Positions 54,356-64,000 of a stretch of DNA of 64,000 bases are shown piece by piece. Each line of letters opens with the position of its first letter. The first letter of the stretch is position 1. Origin of the DNA: an uncultured Planctomycetia bacterium. GTDB lineage: Bacteria > Omnitrophota > Gorgyraeia > 2-02-FULL-51-18. The DNA lies in contig CAZVNB010000033.1 of assembly GCA_964628355.1 (NCBI GenBank), positions 4,965 to 68,964 of the forward strand, read 5' to 3'. The notes beneath the pieces were generated by a model. It did no database searches, was not told the origin of the DNA, and worked only from the letters and a program-made list of their open reading frames with translations. Both the position numbers and the translations under genes were made by a program.

Positions 54356-56274
54356 TCAGACGTCTTTAAATTTTTTAAAATTTCATCGAAAATTTTAGGA
54401 ACACTCAAGCCCACCAAATCTAAAAGGAATTCTCGCTTTCCATGCTCGATAAAACGGTCAGGAATCCCGAAGATTTTAATTTTCGGAAACACTCCTGGTT
54501 GATTTTGAAAAAATTCCAGCACTGCCTCACCAAAACCACCAATCAAACTTCCCTCTTCGAGGGTGACAATCAGCTTTTTTCCTTCTGAAAGTTGGAAAAT
54601 CGTCTCTTGGTCCAAAGGTTTTGAAAAGCGCGCATTCACAACAGCCGTTTGAATGTTTTGAGTTTCTAATTGAGCAGCCACTTCCATAGCCGTATAAACA
54701 AGGCTTCCAAAAGAAAGAATCAGCACATCATTTCCTATACGCAAAATTTCAGATTTACCGTAAACGATCGGTATGGGAACGCGTTGCCCAAGCGTAGATT
54801 TTGTTTCTTCGGCAACGGCGCCGCGCGGATAACGCAGCGCAATCGGACCTCTGCGGTGGCTGTAGGCAAAATCTAACATGAGTTGCATCTCACGTCCATC
54901 ACGCGGCGCCATCAACGTAACACCAGGAATTTTCCGAAGATACGAGATATCAAAAACACCATGGTGCGTAGGCCCATCCTCACCTACCAGTCCCGCGCGG
55001 TCTATACAGAAAATAACAGGCAGATTCTGCAATGCCACATCATGAATGATCTGATCATGGGCACGCTGCAAAAAAGTGGAATAAATTGCCACCAAGGGGC
55101 GCATGCCGGATTTCACGAGTCCTGCCGCGAAAGAAACGCCATGCTCTTCGGCGATACCCACATCGAAAAAACGCTCCGGAAATCTATTTGAAAATTCGAT
55201 CAGGCCAGTCCCCTCGCACATGGCCGCTGTGACTGCAACAACATCCGGATATGTCGAGGCAAGCTGAATGGCAGATTCTCCAAACACCTTGGTGTATGTT
55301 TTTGACTTCGAAACGGCCTTGGGTTGACCGGTTCCGACGCAAAACGGCGTGGAAGCATGCCAACGCGCTGGGTCTTTTTCGGCGATTTTATAACCTTTGC
55401 CTTTTTTTGTGATCACATGCAAAAGAATGGGCCCTTCGATTTTTGAAATGTTTTGAAGAATTTTGACAAGTTCCGTTATATTGTGGCCGTCGAGCGGTCC
55501 AAAATAACGAAACCCCATTTCCTCAAACAAAAGCCCGGGAATAAAAAGATTTTTTAAACCTTCATCGATTTTCTTGGCTTTGGCGACCATTTGTTTTCCG
55601 ACACGGGGAATCTTCCGAATCAGCATTTCAACATCTTTGCGTAGGTGGTTATAAATTGGGTTGGAAATAATTTTATTAAGATATTTGCTGATCGCGCCCA
55701 CGGTGGGGGAAATACTCATTTCATTATCGTTTAATACGATGATCAGATTCTCATTTAAATGACCGGCATGATTCAGTGCTTCGAACGCCATGCCACTGAC
55801 TAGGGATGCATCCCCAATCACCGCAACAGTTTTGCGTGAACACGCATTCCATGGCTTTCCAGTTTTGGCTCCCGATAGAAGCCGGTTGCCGACAGCGATG
55901 CCAAGAGATGTTGAAATGGATGTGGCGGCATGCCCCGTGGTAAAAGGATCGTGCACGCTTTCATCTTTGTTAGAAAAACCGCTTAAACCCCCGCTCTGAC
56001 GAAAAGTTTTAAATGCCTCACGCCGGCCAGTCAGGATTTTGTGCGCATGCACTTGATGACCCACATCCCAGACAATCGTATCTTTTGGCGTATCAAAAAA
56101 ATAATGTAGGGCAACGGTTAGATCCACAGCACCTAGTGCTGCGCCAAGGTGGCCGCCGTTTTCTGACACAATGCTAAGAATATACTCGCGCACTTCCTCG
56201 GCAAGTTTTGGAAGCTCGGATTTGGACAGCGTTTTTAAATCCGACGGGTTGTTGATTTTTGAGAGAAGTTGCAT
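54313..56274 (-). CDS. dxs: 1-deoxy-D-xylulose-5-phosphate synthase
   Basis: 653 aa; TPP-binding GDG...N region and transketolase-like domains. Confidence 0.95.
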   Translation of the reverse strand: MQLLSKINNPSDLKTLSKSELPKLAEEVREYILSIVSENGGHLGAALGAVDLTVALHYFFDTPKDTIVWDVGHQVHAHKILTGRREAFKTFRQSGGLSGFSNKDESVHDPFTTGHAATSISTSLGIAVGNRLLSGAKTGKPWNACSRKTVAVIGDASLVSGMAFEALNHAGHLNENLIIVLNDNEMSISPTVGAISKYLNKIISNPIYNHLRKDVEMLIRKIPRVGKQMVAKAKKIDEGLKNLFIPGLLFEEMGFRYFGPLDGHNITELVKILQNISKIEGPILLHVITKKGKGYKIAEKDPARWHASTPFCVGTGQPKAVSKSKTYTKVFGESAIQLASTYPDVVAVTAAMCEGTGLIEFSNRFPERFFDVGIAEEHGVSFAAGLVKSGMRPLVAIYSTFLQRAHDQIIHDVALQNLPVIFCIDRAGLVGEDGPTHHGVFDISYLRKIPGVTLMAPRDGREMQLMLDFAYSHRRGPIALRYPRGAVAEETKSTLGQRVPIPIVYGKSEILRIGNDVLILSFGSLVYTAMEVAAQLETQNIQTAVVNARFSKPLDQETIFQLSEGKKLIVTLEEGSLIGGFGEAVLEFFQNQPGVFPKIKIFGIPDRFIEHGKREFLLDLVGLSVPKIFDEILKNLKTSDQRRIETGSLISTL

Positions 56275-56277
56275 GAG

Positions 56278-57114
56278 TTAATTTTTCCGGGTTGCTACAA
56301 AATCCGTGATGGTTTCGAGAAAACGACCCTTTTTTCCAAAGGGCAAAAGCTCACGTTTGGCTTTCGCAAGAAGCGAAATTGCTTCTTGCTTGGCCTTTTG
56401 GACGCCGATAGTCCTGGCATAGCCCTGTTCGTCCATTATATCATCCACAATTTGAAAAAGAAGTCCGACGTACTTCCCATAATGGTAAAGCGATCGCACC
56501 TGACGCATTGTGCCTCCGCCAAGGTAGGCTCCGACACGAGTGCAAACAGCAATAAGCGCGCCGGATTTATGTGCATTAATGTATGCCAGAGTCGGTAAAT
56601 CCATATTTTTTTCCTGAAACTGAATGTCCACGGCCTGACCTCCCACCATTCCTTGGTTTCCGATAGCATCGGAGATCCATTCAATCACCTGAAGGCGTTT
56701 TTTCTCGTAGGAAGAACTTTTACTTCCACCACTTTGGCTCAAAACTTTAAATGCCAGCGTGAGAAGCGCGTCCCCGGCCAACAACGCCGTGACCTCGCCA
56801 AATTTGGCATGACAACTCGGCTTTCCGCGCCGAACCATATCATTGTCCATGCAAGGTAAATCATCATGAACCAGAGAATAGCTATGAATAAGTTCAAGAG
56901 CGCAGGCAGCTTTGATCACATTCGTTTGTTTTCCGCCCACGGCCCGGCAGGCGCTCAACGTAAAAATGGGACGAATGCGCTTTCCGCCAGACAACACCGC
57001 ATAACGCATGGCTTGACTCAAAGCGCGCGGAGGCTCATTTTCCTTTGGTAAAAGAGAAAAAAGTGTCGTTTCGATCTTCCTAGCTTGCTTTTTAAGAAAA
57101 GTATGACTATTCAT
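56278..57114 (-). CDS. ispA: Farnesyl-diphosphate synthase / geranyltranstransferase
   Basis: First Asp-rich motif LVHDDLPCMDNDMVRRGKP and second motif QIVDDIMD. Confidence 0.85.
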   Translation of the reverse strand: MNSHTFLKKQARKIETTLFSLLPKENEPPRALSQAMRYAVLSGGKRIRPIFTLSACRAVGGKQTNVIKAACALELIHSYSLVHDDLPCMDNDMVRRGKPSCHAKFGEVTALLAGDALLTLAFKVLSQSGGSKSSSYEKKRLQVIEWISDAIGNQGMVGGQAVDIQFQEKNMDLPTLAYINAHKSGALIAVCTRVGAYLGGGTMRQVRSLYHYGKYVGLLFQIVDDIMDEQGYARTIGVQKAKQEAISLLAKAKRELLPFGKKGRFLETITDFVATRKN

Positions 57115-57132
57115 TAAGCCGTCAATAATTTC

Positions 57133-57405
57133 CTATCTCTTTTTTTTCGGTTTCGACACGGACTCTTCTTCTCCGGATTCGAACGAAGTTGCTTTGAATT
57201 TTCCGCCGCTTGTTTTCATCAATACTTCCACTTTTTTTTCAGCCTCGGTGAGACGCTTGGAACAAATATCCGCCATGCGCACTCCTTCCTCATATTGCTT
57301 AAGCGCTGCCTCGAGCGATAACTCTCCGTTCTCGAGATTCTCAACAATGGTTTCGAGGCGTTTTAGCGCCGACTCGAACTCTATTTCTTTTTTTTCATCC
57401 GCCAT
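57133..57405 (-). CDS. xseB: Exodeoxyribonuclease VII small subunit
   Basis: 90 aa; FE.AL.RLE.IV..LE.G.L.LE motif. Confidence 0.8.
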   Translation of the reverse strand: MADEKKEIEFESALKRLETIVENLENGELSLEAALKQYEEGVRMADICSKRLTEAEKKVEVLMKTSGGKFKATSFESGEEESVSKPKKKR

Positions 57406-58648
57406 TTTCCACCTCCGTCACGCGGCTCATAAAAAAGCCGTCTTGCACCTTTGTTTGCACCTGGTCTCCCACTTGAACTAACCGCACGGAACTCACAACC
57501 TTTCTCTCCGGATATTTGAGAGACACGCTGAAACCCCTTTTGAGCGTCGCCAACGGACCAAGCGCTTCAAGCTTTTCGATTAAAAAATGTGTTCGATCAC
57601 GTTTCAACACAAAAAAATGCTTAAAAATCATTACGAGATTTTTTTCCGTCTCGTCCAAGCGCTGGAAAAGAGCTTCAAACGCTGAAAGCGGGTCACGAAG
57701 CGCCTTGCTTTCGTTGAGTTTTTGCCACTGTTGGCGAGAATTTTTTAAAACAACGTCTATCGCCTGAAACAAGCTGCCCTTAAGCTCAGCGATTTTTTTC
57801 AACAAATCCTCGCGCAGAGGCAACACCAGTTCGGCTGCTGCCGACGGCGTTGGCGCTCTTAAGTCCGCCACAAAATCTGCGATAGTGAAATCTGTTTCAT
57901 GCCCCACCGCTGAAATCACGGGAATCCTGGACTGAAAAATAGCTCGAGCCACAACTTCTTCGTTGAACGCCCAAAGATCTTCCAAACTTCCTCCGCCGCG
58001 AGTCACAATCATGACGTCCGCAATATTATTTTGGTTCAAATCGTCAATCGCCCCGGCAATCGCGGATGCCCCTTGAGCTCCTTGCACCGGCACGGGGTAA
58101 ATCAAAAGATGCACATTCGCATACCGTCTGCCCAATACGTTCAAAATATCGTGCAACGCCGCTCCATCCATAGAAGTCACCAAAGCAATTTTTCTCGGAA
58201 GAAATGGAATTTGTTTTTTTCTTGCTTCCTCGAATAGTCCTTCCCGGCGCAATTTTTCTTTGAGCTCCTCGAAACGAAGCTGCAACAATCCCACACCCTT
58301 GGGCTCCACGCGCTCGACGTAAAGCTGATACTGACCTCTCAAAGCGTACACGCTAACACGTGCAAAACATAAAACCTGCATGCCGTCCTTCAATTCAAAT
58401 CCCAGGGAGGCATTTTCACGGCGAAACATCACGCAAGCGATCTGGGCGTTCTCATCCTTCAGAGAAAAATACATATGACCCGAACTGTGAAATTTGAAAT
58501 TACTGATCTCCCCTTCGACCCACAGTTCTTGAAAATTGCTCTCGAGCAACAACCGAATACTTCGCGTCAACTCCGAAATAGAAATTACTTTAGGTTGCCA
58601 CCTATTGTCTTGAATCAAAACAGCAGCCGCTGCTTTCACTGACGTCAT
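57395..58648 (-). CDS. xseA: Exodeoxyribonuclease VII large subunit
   Basis: 417 aa; OB-fold N-terminus, conserved central domain, overlaps xseB. Confidence 0.9.
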   Translation of the reverse strand: MTSVKAAAAVLIQDNRWQPKVISISELTRSIRLLLESNFQELWVEGEISNFKFHSSGHMYFSLKDENAQIACVMFRRENASLGFELKDGMQVLCFARVSVYALRGQYQLYVERVEPKGVGLLQLRFEELKEKLRREGLFEEARKKQIPFLPRKIALVTSMDGAALHDILNVLGRRYANVHLLIYPVPVQGAQGASAIAGAIDDLNQNNIADVMIVTRGGGSLEDLWAFNEEVVARAIFQSRIPVISAVGHETDFTIADFVADLRAPTPSAAAELVLPLREDLLKKIAELKGSLFQAIDVVLKNSRQQWQKLNESKALRDPLSAFEALFQRLDETEKNLVMIFKHFFVLKRDRTHFLIEKLEALGPLATLKRGFSVSLKYPERKVVSSVRLVQVGDQVQTKVQDGFFMSRVTEVENGG

Positions 58649-58654
58649 ATTTTC

Positions 58655-59446
58655 TCAGCCCACTTTTTTTTGAATACGTTCTATGGCACCGGCCTTGCCG
58701 CTCAGCGGATCGACCGTGATGATGGCACCGCAAAGCCGCACGTCATTCTTGGCCACGACTTTTTTTACATTCACTTGTGTCAAAAAACGCTGGATAATCA
58801 GTTCTTTTTCAGCGCCGATCACCGAGTCATAAGGACCAGTCATGCCAAGATCTGTGATGGCCGCCGTACCTTTGGCCGTCACACGCTCGTCAGCAGTTTG
58901 CACGTGCGTGTGTGTGCCTACCACGGCGGACACCCGACCATCCAAATACCAACTCATTGCCGATTTTTCGCTGGTTGCTTCGCAATGCATGTCCACGAGA
59001 ATAACTTGCGCACCGCTTTTTTTTACTTTTTCAATCTCTTCGTCCGCCGCCAGAAAAGGAGAGGTAAAGTGATAGCGCATGAACACTTGGCCGGCAATAT
59101 GAATCACGCCGATTTTGACACCTTTGCATTCCAGCACGCAGGACCCCACACCGGGCAGTATTTTTGGAAAATTTGCCGGGCGTAAAATCCGCACATCTTT
59201 TTTAAAAAGTTCTTCGATTTCTTTTCTTCGGTCAAACGAGTGGTCGCCGCAGGTCAAGACATCACAGCCGTTTTGAAAAAGTTCTTTCGCGATACTTTCG
59301 GTAATCCCTGAGCCGTCAGCGGCATTTTCGGCGTTACACACGACAAAATCTATCTCTCCAGTTTTTTTCATGTTGTTCACAAAAAGTTCGATAGCTTTTC
59401 GGCCCGGTTCGCCATACGTATCACCAATGGCAAGAATTTTAATCAT
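58655..59446 (-). CDS. ymdB: YmdB-like (TIGR00282) metallophosphoesterase
   Basis: MIKILAIGDTYGEPGR..., CNAENAADG and GDH motifs. Genomic linkage to rny as in Firmicutes. Confidence 0.85.
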   Translation of the reverse strand: MIKILAIGDTYGEPGRKAIELFVNNMKKTGEIDFVVCNAENAADGSGITESIAKELFQNGCDVLTCGDHSFDRRKEIEELFKKDVRILRPANFPKILPGVGSCVLECKGVKIGVIHIAGQVFMRYHFTSPFLAADEEIEKVKKSGAQVILVDMHCEATSEKSAMSWYLDGRVSAVVGTHTHVQTADERVTAKGTAAITDLGMTGPYDSVIGAEKELIIQRFLTQVNVKKVVAKNDVRLCGAIITVDPLSGKAGAIERIQKKVG

Positions 59447-61017
59447 TATTTCGCGAATTCTTCCACACGAGTCTCGCGGATGATCACCACCTTGATCTGT
59501 CCAGGAAAATCGAGAGCTTCTTCTATTTTCTTCGAAATTTCCCTCGCCAAAGCCGGCATACAGTCTTCCGGTACATGATTGGGTTTCACAATCACGCGCA
59601 CTTCACGGCCGCCTTGAATAACATAGGACTTGTCGACTCCCGGATGTTTATCTACGATCTCTTCGAGTTTTTTTACTCGTTTTAAATAATTTTCCAGCGA
59701 CTCACGGCGTGCACCCGGTCTTGCGGCGCTAACCGCGTCCGCTGCCTGCACCAGCATCGGCCATACAGACTGCATCTCGATGTCTTCATGATGCGCCTCG
59801 ACTCCATGAATCACATCGGGCCGTTCGCCGTATCGCCGACAAAGTTCTCCTCCAATCAAAGCGTGCGGACCTTCCGTGTCATGGCTTACTGCTTTTCCGA
59901 TATCATGTAAAAGTCCCGCGCGGCGCGCAAGTGCGGCATCCAGTCCCATTTCTCCTGCAATTACGTTCATCAGATACGCCACCTCCACCGAGTGGTCGAG
60001 CACATTTTGTCCGTAGCTCGTACGGTATTTAAGCCGCCCCAGGAGTTTCACGATTTCAGGATGCGTGTTGGTGAGATTGACATCTAACAGTGCCTTCTCA
60101 CCGGTTTCTTTGAGCACATTTTCCATGTTACGCTTGGTTTTCTGCACCACTTCTTCGATGCGTGCCGGCTGAATTCTGCCGTCCTGAATCAACTCTTCAA
60201 GCGCAAGCTTTGCCACTTCTCGCCTCACGCCGTCAAACGCCGAAAGCACCACCGATTCCGGCGTATCATCGATCACTAAATCAACACCCGTGAGCGTTTC
60301 AAAAGTTTTAATGTTACGCCCGTCTTTACCGATGATGCGTCCTTTCATTTCTTCATTGGGCAAATGCACCAGGGTCACAGTCGACTCCAATGAGTGTGGA
60401 GCGGCACAACGCATAATAGCCAAAGCTAAAATTTTTTTTGCTTTTTGTTCGGCCAATTCTTTCGCATCCTTCTCTATTTCAATGATCATCTTGCTGACAT
60501 CCGAGCGGATTTCGATTTCCATGCGTTTCATCAGTTGGGATTTAGCTTCGTCAGGGTCCAGTTTCGAGATTTTTTGCAACAACTCTCTTTCTTGAGCAAT
60601 TAATTTTTCGAACGATTTTTCTTTATCGAAAATGGTTTTTTCCCTAAGCGCGGCTTCTTGCAATTTAAAAAGCGCTTCACGTTCTATTTTCTGCGAGCTA
60701 TCAATTTTGTACTCGAGTTGTTCCTCTTTGTGCCGAAGCACTTTTTCTAAATTTTCCAGATCACGTTTTTGCTGAGCAATTTTATCTTCAAATTCACTTT
60801 GCGCGCGGGAAAGATAATTTTTTGACTCACGGTCATTACGTTTTAGCGTGTCTTCGGCTTCTCGCTTGGCTTTGACGAGAATTTCGCGCGCTTTGGACTC
60901 TGCGGTACGGATCAAACGTTCCGCGTAGCGCTTTCGCAGCACATACCCCAGAGCAAAAAACAAGCCCGCGATTCCGAACGATGCTAAAATTAGTAAAAAA
61001 ATTGTATTTCCGTCCAT
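59446..61017 (-). CDS. rny: Ribonuclease Y
   Basis: N-terminal TM, coiled-coil, KH domain (IIGKDGRNIKTFETLTGV) and HD domain (HSVEVAYL...LLHDIGK). Confidence 0.9.
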   Translation of the reverse strand: MDGNTIFLLILASFGIAGLFFALGYVLRKRYAERLIRTAESKAREILVKAKREAEDTLKRNDRESKNYLSRAQSEFEDKIAQQKRDLENLEKVLRHKEEQLEYKIDSSQKIEREALFKLQEAALREKTIFDKEKSFEKLIAQERELLQKISKLDPDEAKSQLMKRMEIEIRSDVSKMIIEIEKDAKELAEQKAKKILALAIMRCAAPHSLESTVTLVHLPNEEMKGRIIGKDGRNIKTFETLTGVDLVIDDTPESVVLSAFDGVRREVAKLALEELIQDGRIQPARIEEVVQKTKRNMENVLKETGEKALLDVNLTNTHPEIVKLLGRLKYRTSYGQNVLDHSVEVAYLMNVIAGEMGLDAALARRAGLLHDIGKAVSHDTEGPHALIGGELCRRYGERPDVIHGVEAHHEDIEMQSVWPMLVQAADAVSAARPGARRESLENYLKRVKKLEEIVDKHPGVDKSYVIQGGREVRVIVKPNHVPEDCMPALAREISKKIEEALDFPGQIKVVIIRETRVEEFAK

Positions 61018-61088
61018 AAATATCCTCTAAATGATCGCACAACTTACGTGACCGTAGAGAGCATCAAGTCGTCCGCGCGAATTTATAC

Positions 61089-61646
61089 TCAAGTTTCCGT
61101 CAAGACAATATCGACCCTCTGATCGTGATTTTCTTGAGGAATTTGTTGAAGCACTTGAAAAGAGAAAGCTAAGGCAATTTTTGGAATTCTTTCCGAAAGC
61201 TTCGAAAGAAAACGGTCATAAAAACCTGCGCCGCGGCCCAATCGCCGGCCTTTGACGTCAAACGCCAAACCCGGCACAATCACGCAATCCACTTCTTTCG
61301 GATCCGCAAGCCTTGTTTTCTCACGTCGAGGTTCCAAAACACCCAGAGTCCCCGCCTCTAAATCAGTAGCCAACTCACGAATTTCGTACAGTTTCAGCTC
61401 TTTATTTTCCATGTCGGCTAACGGCACCAACACTTTTTTTCCTATTTTCAAAGCCTCTTCGATCATGGGATGCGTATTGACCTCCGTAGGCAACCCCACG
61501 TAGAAGCACACGGACATTGCCTTGCAAAAAGCTTCCTGCTCAAACAGTTTTTTTTGAATTTGACGACTCTTTTGGTCTCGGTCGTGGCGGCTTTGAGTCA
61601 AAAGCAACGACTTTATCTCCTGCCTCAAGCTTTTTTTCTCATTCAC
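61089..61646 (-). CDS. 5-formyltetrahydrofolate cyclo-ligase
   Basis: 185 aa; characteristic GVLEP and VDCVIVPGLAFD.KGRRLGRGAGFYDR motifs. Confidence 0.8.
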   Translation of the reverse strand: MNEKKSLRQEIKSLLLTQSRHDRDQKSRQIQKKLFEQEAFCKAMSVCFYVGLPTEVNTHPMIEEALKIGKKVLVPLADMENKELKLYEIRELATDLEAGTLGVLEPRREKTRLADPKEVDCVIVPGLAFDVKGRRLGRGAGFYDRFLSKLSERIPKIALAFSFQVLQQIPQENHDQRVDIVLTET

Positions 61647-61656
61647 TCGGAGTGCC

Positions 61657-62115
61657 TTAGATATGAAACGTGGTCGCTGGAACGCGAATTTTAGATTTTT
61701 TCATTTGGCGCGCCTCATCGACCAACTCCTTGAGGGTGGTTTTGGAAAGACCATTTTGAATACAAGCTCCTAATTTTTGCCAAAAAAGAACGTTGCCAAT
61801 TGAAATTTCGTTCATGTCTGGCAAAAATGTACTCTGTCCGTCTTTTCCGACGAATGCTTTGTTTTCCATGCAATAAAAAAGATTTTCGAGCGTGATATCA
61901 GATGGTTTTTGCGCCAGCACATAACCACCCTGAGGACCCCGTACACTTTTAACCAACCCTTTTTTCTTGAGTGCATTTAAAATCTGCTCAAGATAAGAAA
62001 CAGAAATGCCTTCTTTTTTGGCGATTTGTGAAACCGACAACGAGCCTTCCCCATAACGCATTGCGAGCACCAAAATCGCCTTTAGCCCGTAGAGTGTCCT
62101 TGTGGAAAATTTCAA
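61657..62115 (-). CDS. Rrf2-family transcriptional regulator
   Basis: MKFSTRTLYGLKAILVLA start and wHTH; 152 aa. Confidence 0.8.
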   Translation of the reverse strand: MKFSTRTLYGLKAILVLAMRYGEGSLSVSQIAKKEGISVSYLEQILNALKKKGLVKSVRGPQGGYVLAQKPSDITLENLFYCMENKAFVGKDGQSTFLPDMNEISIGNVLFWQKLGACIQNGLSKTTLKELVDEARQMKKSKIRVPATTFHI

Positions 62116-62315
62116 CGGTCGCTCGCCCTCACCTTCACGATTTGAAGTTCACTTTTCAATTCTTCCAGCGACTGCATAATTTTTTCCTGGTTTTGCGTGA
62201 CTTGATTCAATTTTTTTAAAATTTCACCCGAAGTCTCATCCTCCGCACCGGAAATTACTGGCAAAGCGAAAATAGCCGCCCCAACGATCCACGCCATAAA
62301 AAAGTATTTTTTCAT
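62112..62315 (-). CDS. Small secreted protein, hypothetical
   Basis: 67 aa with a signal peptide. Overlaps the Rrf2 gene start. Confidence 0.3.
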   Translation of the reverse strand: MKKYFFMAWIVGAAIFALPVISGAEDETSGEILKKLNQVTQNQEKIMQSLEELKSELQIVKVRASDR

Positions 62316-62342
62316 AAATAATCCCTCCTGGAGTTTGACTTT

Positions 62343-62861
62343 CTATTTTGCGCTTTCTCCACTCACCGGTTCCACTTTCACGCCACGGGATTCGAGATAT
62401 TTTATTCCTTTTTCTAGGTTTTTTTCGTCGCCTTCTAATTCCAGCATCATCTCACCGACTGTTTCGGTCACACGGGCTTTGCGGATATTCGGCATGATGT
62501 TGAATTTTACCGCCATTGAAAAAACCACGGGCTCCTGAATTAGGTTCTGCGGAAAAACAAGCGTCACGCGTTTTTTTGAACTCTTGGCACCGCCGGCAAT
62601 CGCCGGAATAATTGAAATATCATCGCCCGCCTTCAACAAAGTCTCTTGACCTTGTAAAAAACGGATGTCTTCTTCATTGACATACACATTCACGAAACGA
62701 CGCAGTTTTCCTTCGGCATCGCACAAACGTTCCTGGATACCCGGATACTGTTTCTCGAGGCTTACGAACAATTCATTGATGTTTTTCGCTTCACAAGCAA
62801 CCTCGCTTTGATTGTTCGTCAGCTTTTGCAATGGCGTTGGAATTCTCACTTTGATTGACAT
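62343..62861 (-). CDS. MoaD/ThiS-family sulfur-carrier domain fused to a NIL-like ferredoxin-fold domain
   Basis: N-terminal ~90 aa ends in ...IIPAIAGG (Gly-Gly), like ubiquitin-like sulfur carriers. The C-terminal ~75 aa resembles the NIL domain. Confidence 0.5.
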   Translation of the reverse strand: MSIKVRIPTPLQKLTNNQSEVACEAKNINELFVSLEKQYPGIQERLCDAEGKLRRFVNVYVNEEDIRFLQGQETLLKAGDDISIIPAIAGGAKSSKKRVTLVFPQNLIQEPVVFSMAVKFNIMPNIRKARVTETVGEMMLELEGDEKNLEKGIKYLESRGVKVEPVSGESAK

Positions 62862-62894
62862 ATTTTCTCTCCTCGTTAATGGGTAAGGTCGCCG

Positions 62895-64000
62895 TTATCT
62901 TGGCTGCCAAATATCTTGTTTAATTTTAGTTTCGCCCTTCAATGCTTTTTCGAATGAATCCACCGTGGGTTTAATGCGATAGGGTTTGCCGATGTGGTCG
63001 GTAACCGCTTCCTGCGTTTTAAGGCCGTTGCCCGTAATACAAATCACGCAGCTTTCGTTTTTCGGGATGACGCCGTTTTCAATCAATTTTTTCGCCGCGG
63101 CCACCGTAACACCTCCGGCTGTCTCCGTAAAAATACCCTCGGTGCGCGCAAGCAGTTTGATGCCCTCGATAATTTCATGATCACTCACCGCTTCACCGCT
63201 GCCTCCGCTTTCCTTGATGGCGTCCAGCGCATAAAGTCCATCGGCTGGATTTCCAATCGCAAGCGATTTTGCAATCGTGTTCGGTTTAACCGGCTTGACG
63301 ATGTCACTTTTTTCTCGCATGGCTGTAATGACGGGCGAACAACCCTGGGCCTGGGCCGCATACATTTTTGCGTTTACCGAATCGACAAGTCCGAGTTTTT
63401 TAAATTCATTGAATGCCTTCCAAATTTTCGTCAAAAGAGAACCACTGGCGACAGGGACTACCACGTGCTGTGGAACTCTCCATCCGAGCTGTTCCATGAT
63501 TTCATAGCCGTATGTTTTTGAACCCTCCGCGTAGTAGGGGCGAATGTTCACGTTCACAAACGCCCAACGATAGCGTGAGGCGATTTCCGCGCAAAGGCGA
63601 TTGACGTCATCATAATTTCCTTCAACAGCGATCAGATTAGGCGCATAAGTAAGAGAGCCCACTACTTTTCCGATTTCAAGGTCCGCGGGAATGAAAATAA
63701 AACGATTCAGACCCGCCCAAGCTGCTTGAGCGCTGACGGACCCTGCAAGATTTCCGGTAGAGGCGCAAGCCACCGTTTTAAATCCCAGTTCCTTCGCCCG
63801 CGTCAGAGCCACGGCAACCACACGGTCCTTAAAAGAAAGTGTAGGATGACAAACCGAATCATCCTTGATATAAAGCTCTTTCATTCCAAACTCGCGCGCC
63901 AGATTGTCCGCCTTAAAAAGCGGCGTAAACCCCGCGTGAAAACCCACGGTCGGTCGGTCCTCGATCGGCAACAGCTCCCGGTAGCGCCAAATACTAAATG
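62895..64000 (-). CDS. thrC: Threonine synthase; the 5' end lies beyond the window
   Basis: PLP-lysine motif SFKDR. The frame continues upstream of the listed start (...WRYRELLPIEDRP), so the true N-terminus is outside the window. Confidence 0.85.
   Translation of the reverse strand, partial: FSIWRYRELLPIEDRPTVGFHAGFTPLFKADNLAREFGMKELYIKDDSVCHPTLSFKDRVVAVALTRAKELGFKTVACASTGNLAGSVSAQAAWAGLNRFIFIPADLEIGKVVGSLTYAPNLIAVEGNYDDVNRLCAEIASRYRWAFVNVNIRPYYAEGSKTYGYEIMEQLGWRVPQHVVVPVASGSLLTKIWKAFNEFKKLGLVDSVNAKMYAAQAQGCSPVITAMREKSDIVKPVKPNTIAKSLAIGNPADGLYALDAIKESGGSGEAVSDHEIIEGIKLLARTEGIFTETAGGVTVAAAKKLIENGVIPKNESCVICITGNGLKTQEAVTDHIGKPYRIKPTVDSFEKALKGETKIKQDIWQPR

Overview
This 64-kb window from a bacterial chromosome (about 45-50% GC) is transcribed almost entirely from the minus strand. 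RNase Y/YmdB, a pyrR-controlled pyr operon and a PilQ secretin suggest a diderm lineage with some Firmicute-like core genes; I cannot assign the taxon. In order along the window:

- **1-5 kb:** the 3' part of a type IV pilus assembly operon (pilM-N fusion, pilO-P fusion, pilQ secretin running off the edge), preceded by a ParA-like ATPase and a small MerR regulator, then a secreted Hsp20-like protein.
- **5.8-20.5 kb:** pyrE, then an AT-rich inserted type II restriction-modification pair (beta-class amino-methyltransferase plus a PD-(D/E)xK endonuclease), an Upf1-like SF1 helicase, an ACT-domain protein, and a complete pyrimidine operon (pyrR-pyrB-pyrC-carA-carB-pyrK-pyrD-pyrF). The operon has a recognisable sigma70 promoter, a PyrR-binding loop and an attenuator terminator. 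pyrK carries three in-frame insertions built from heptamer repeats.
- **20.5-28.9 kb:** a secreted HExxH protein, ppc, a YopX-like gene, rsmI, glmS and uppP.
- **28.8-40.3 kb:** a membrane-lipid locus. A class V aminotransferase, a CDP-alcohol phosphatidyltransferase and an MprF-like flippase domain are followed by an uncharacterised type II PKS/FAS-like cluster (KS plus a catalytically dead CLF-like KS, ACP, PPTase, two hotdog dehydratases, a PaaK-like ligase, a class III aminotransferase and a HAD phosphatase).
- **40.3-41.6 kb:** an IS256-family insertion sequence sits 37 bp upstream of that cluster and replaces the 3' end of a zeta-toxin-like kinase gene.
- **41.6-48.9 kb:** an accessory island of secreted and membrane hypothetical proteins, a HigB(Gp49)/HigA pair with promoter and operator, a GIY-YIG nuclease, a roughly 180-bp structured repeat present in three copies (long hairpin plus intrinsic terminator just 5' of downstream genes), and a roughly 235-bp element with a perfect 32-bp inverted repeat in a divergent promoter region.
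- **48.9-64 kb:** core genes — SDR, GT2, tatC, dxs, ispA, xseAB, ymdB, rny, 5-FTHF cyclo-ligase, an Rrf2 regulator, a MoaD/ThiS-NIL fusion and thrC (5' end beyond the window).

No rRNA, tRNA or CRISPR array was found.
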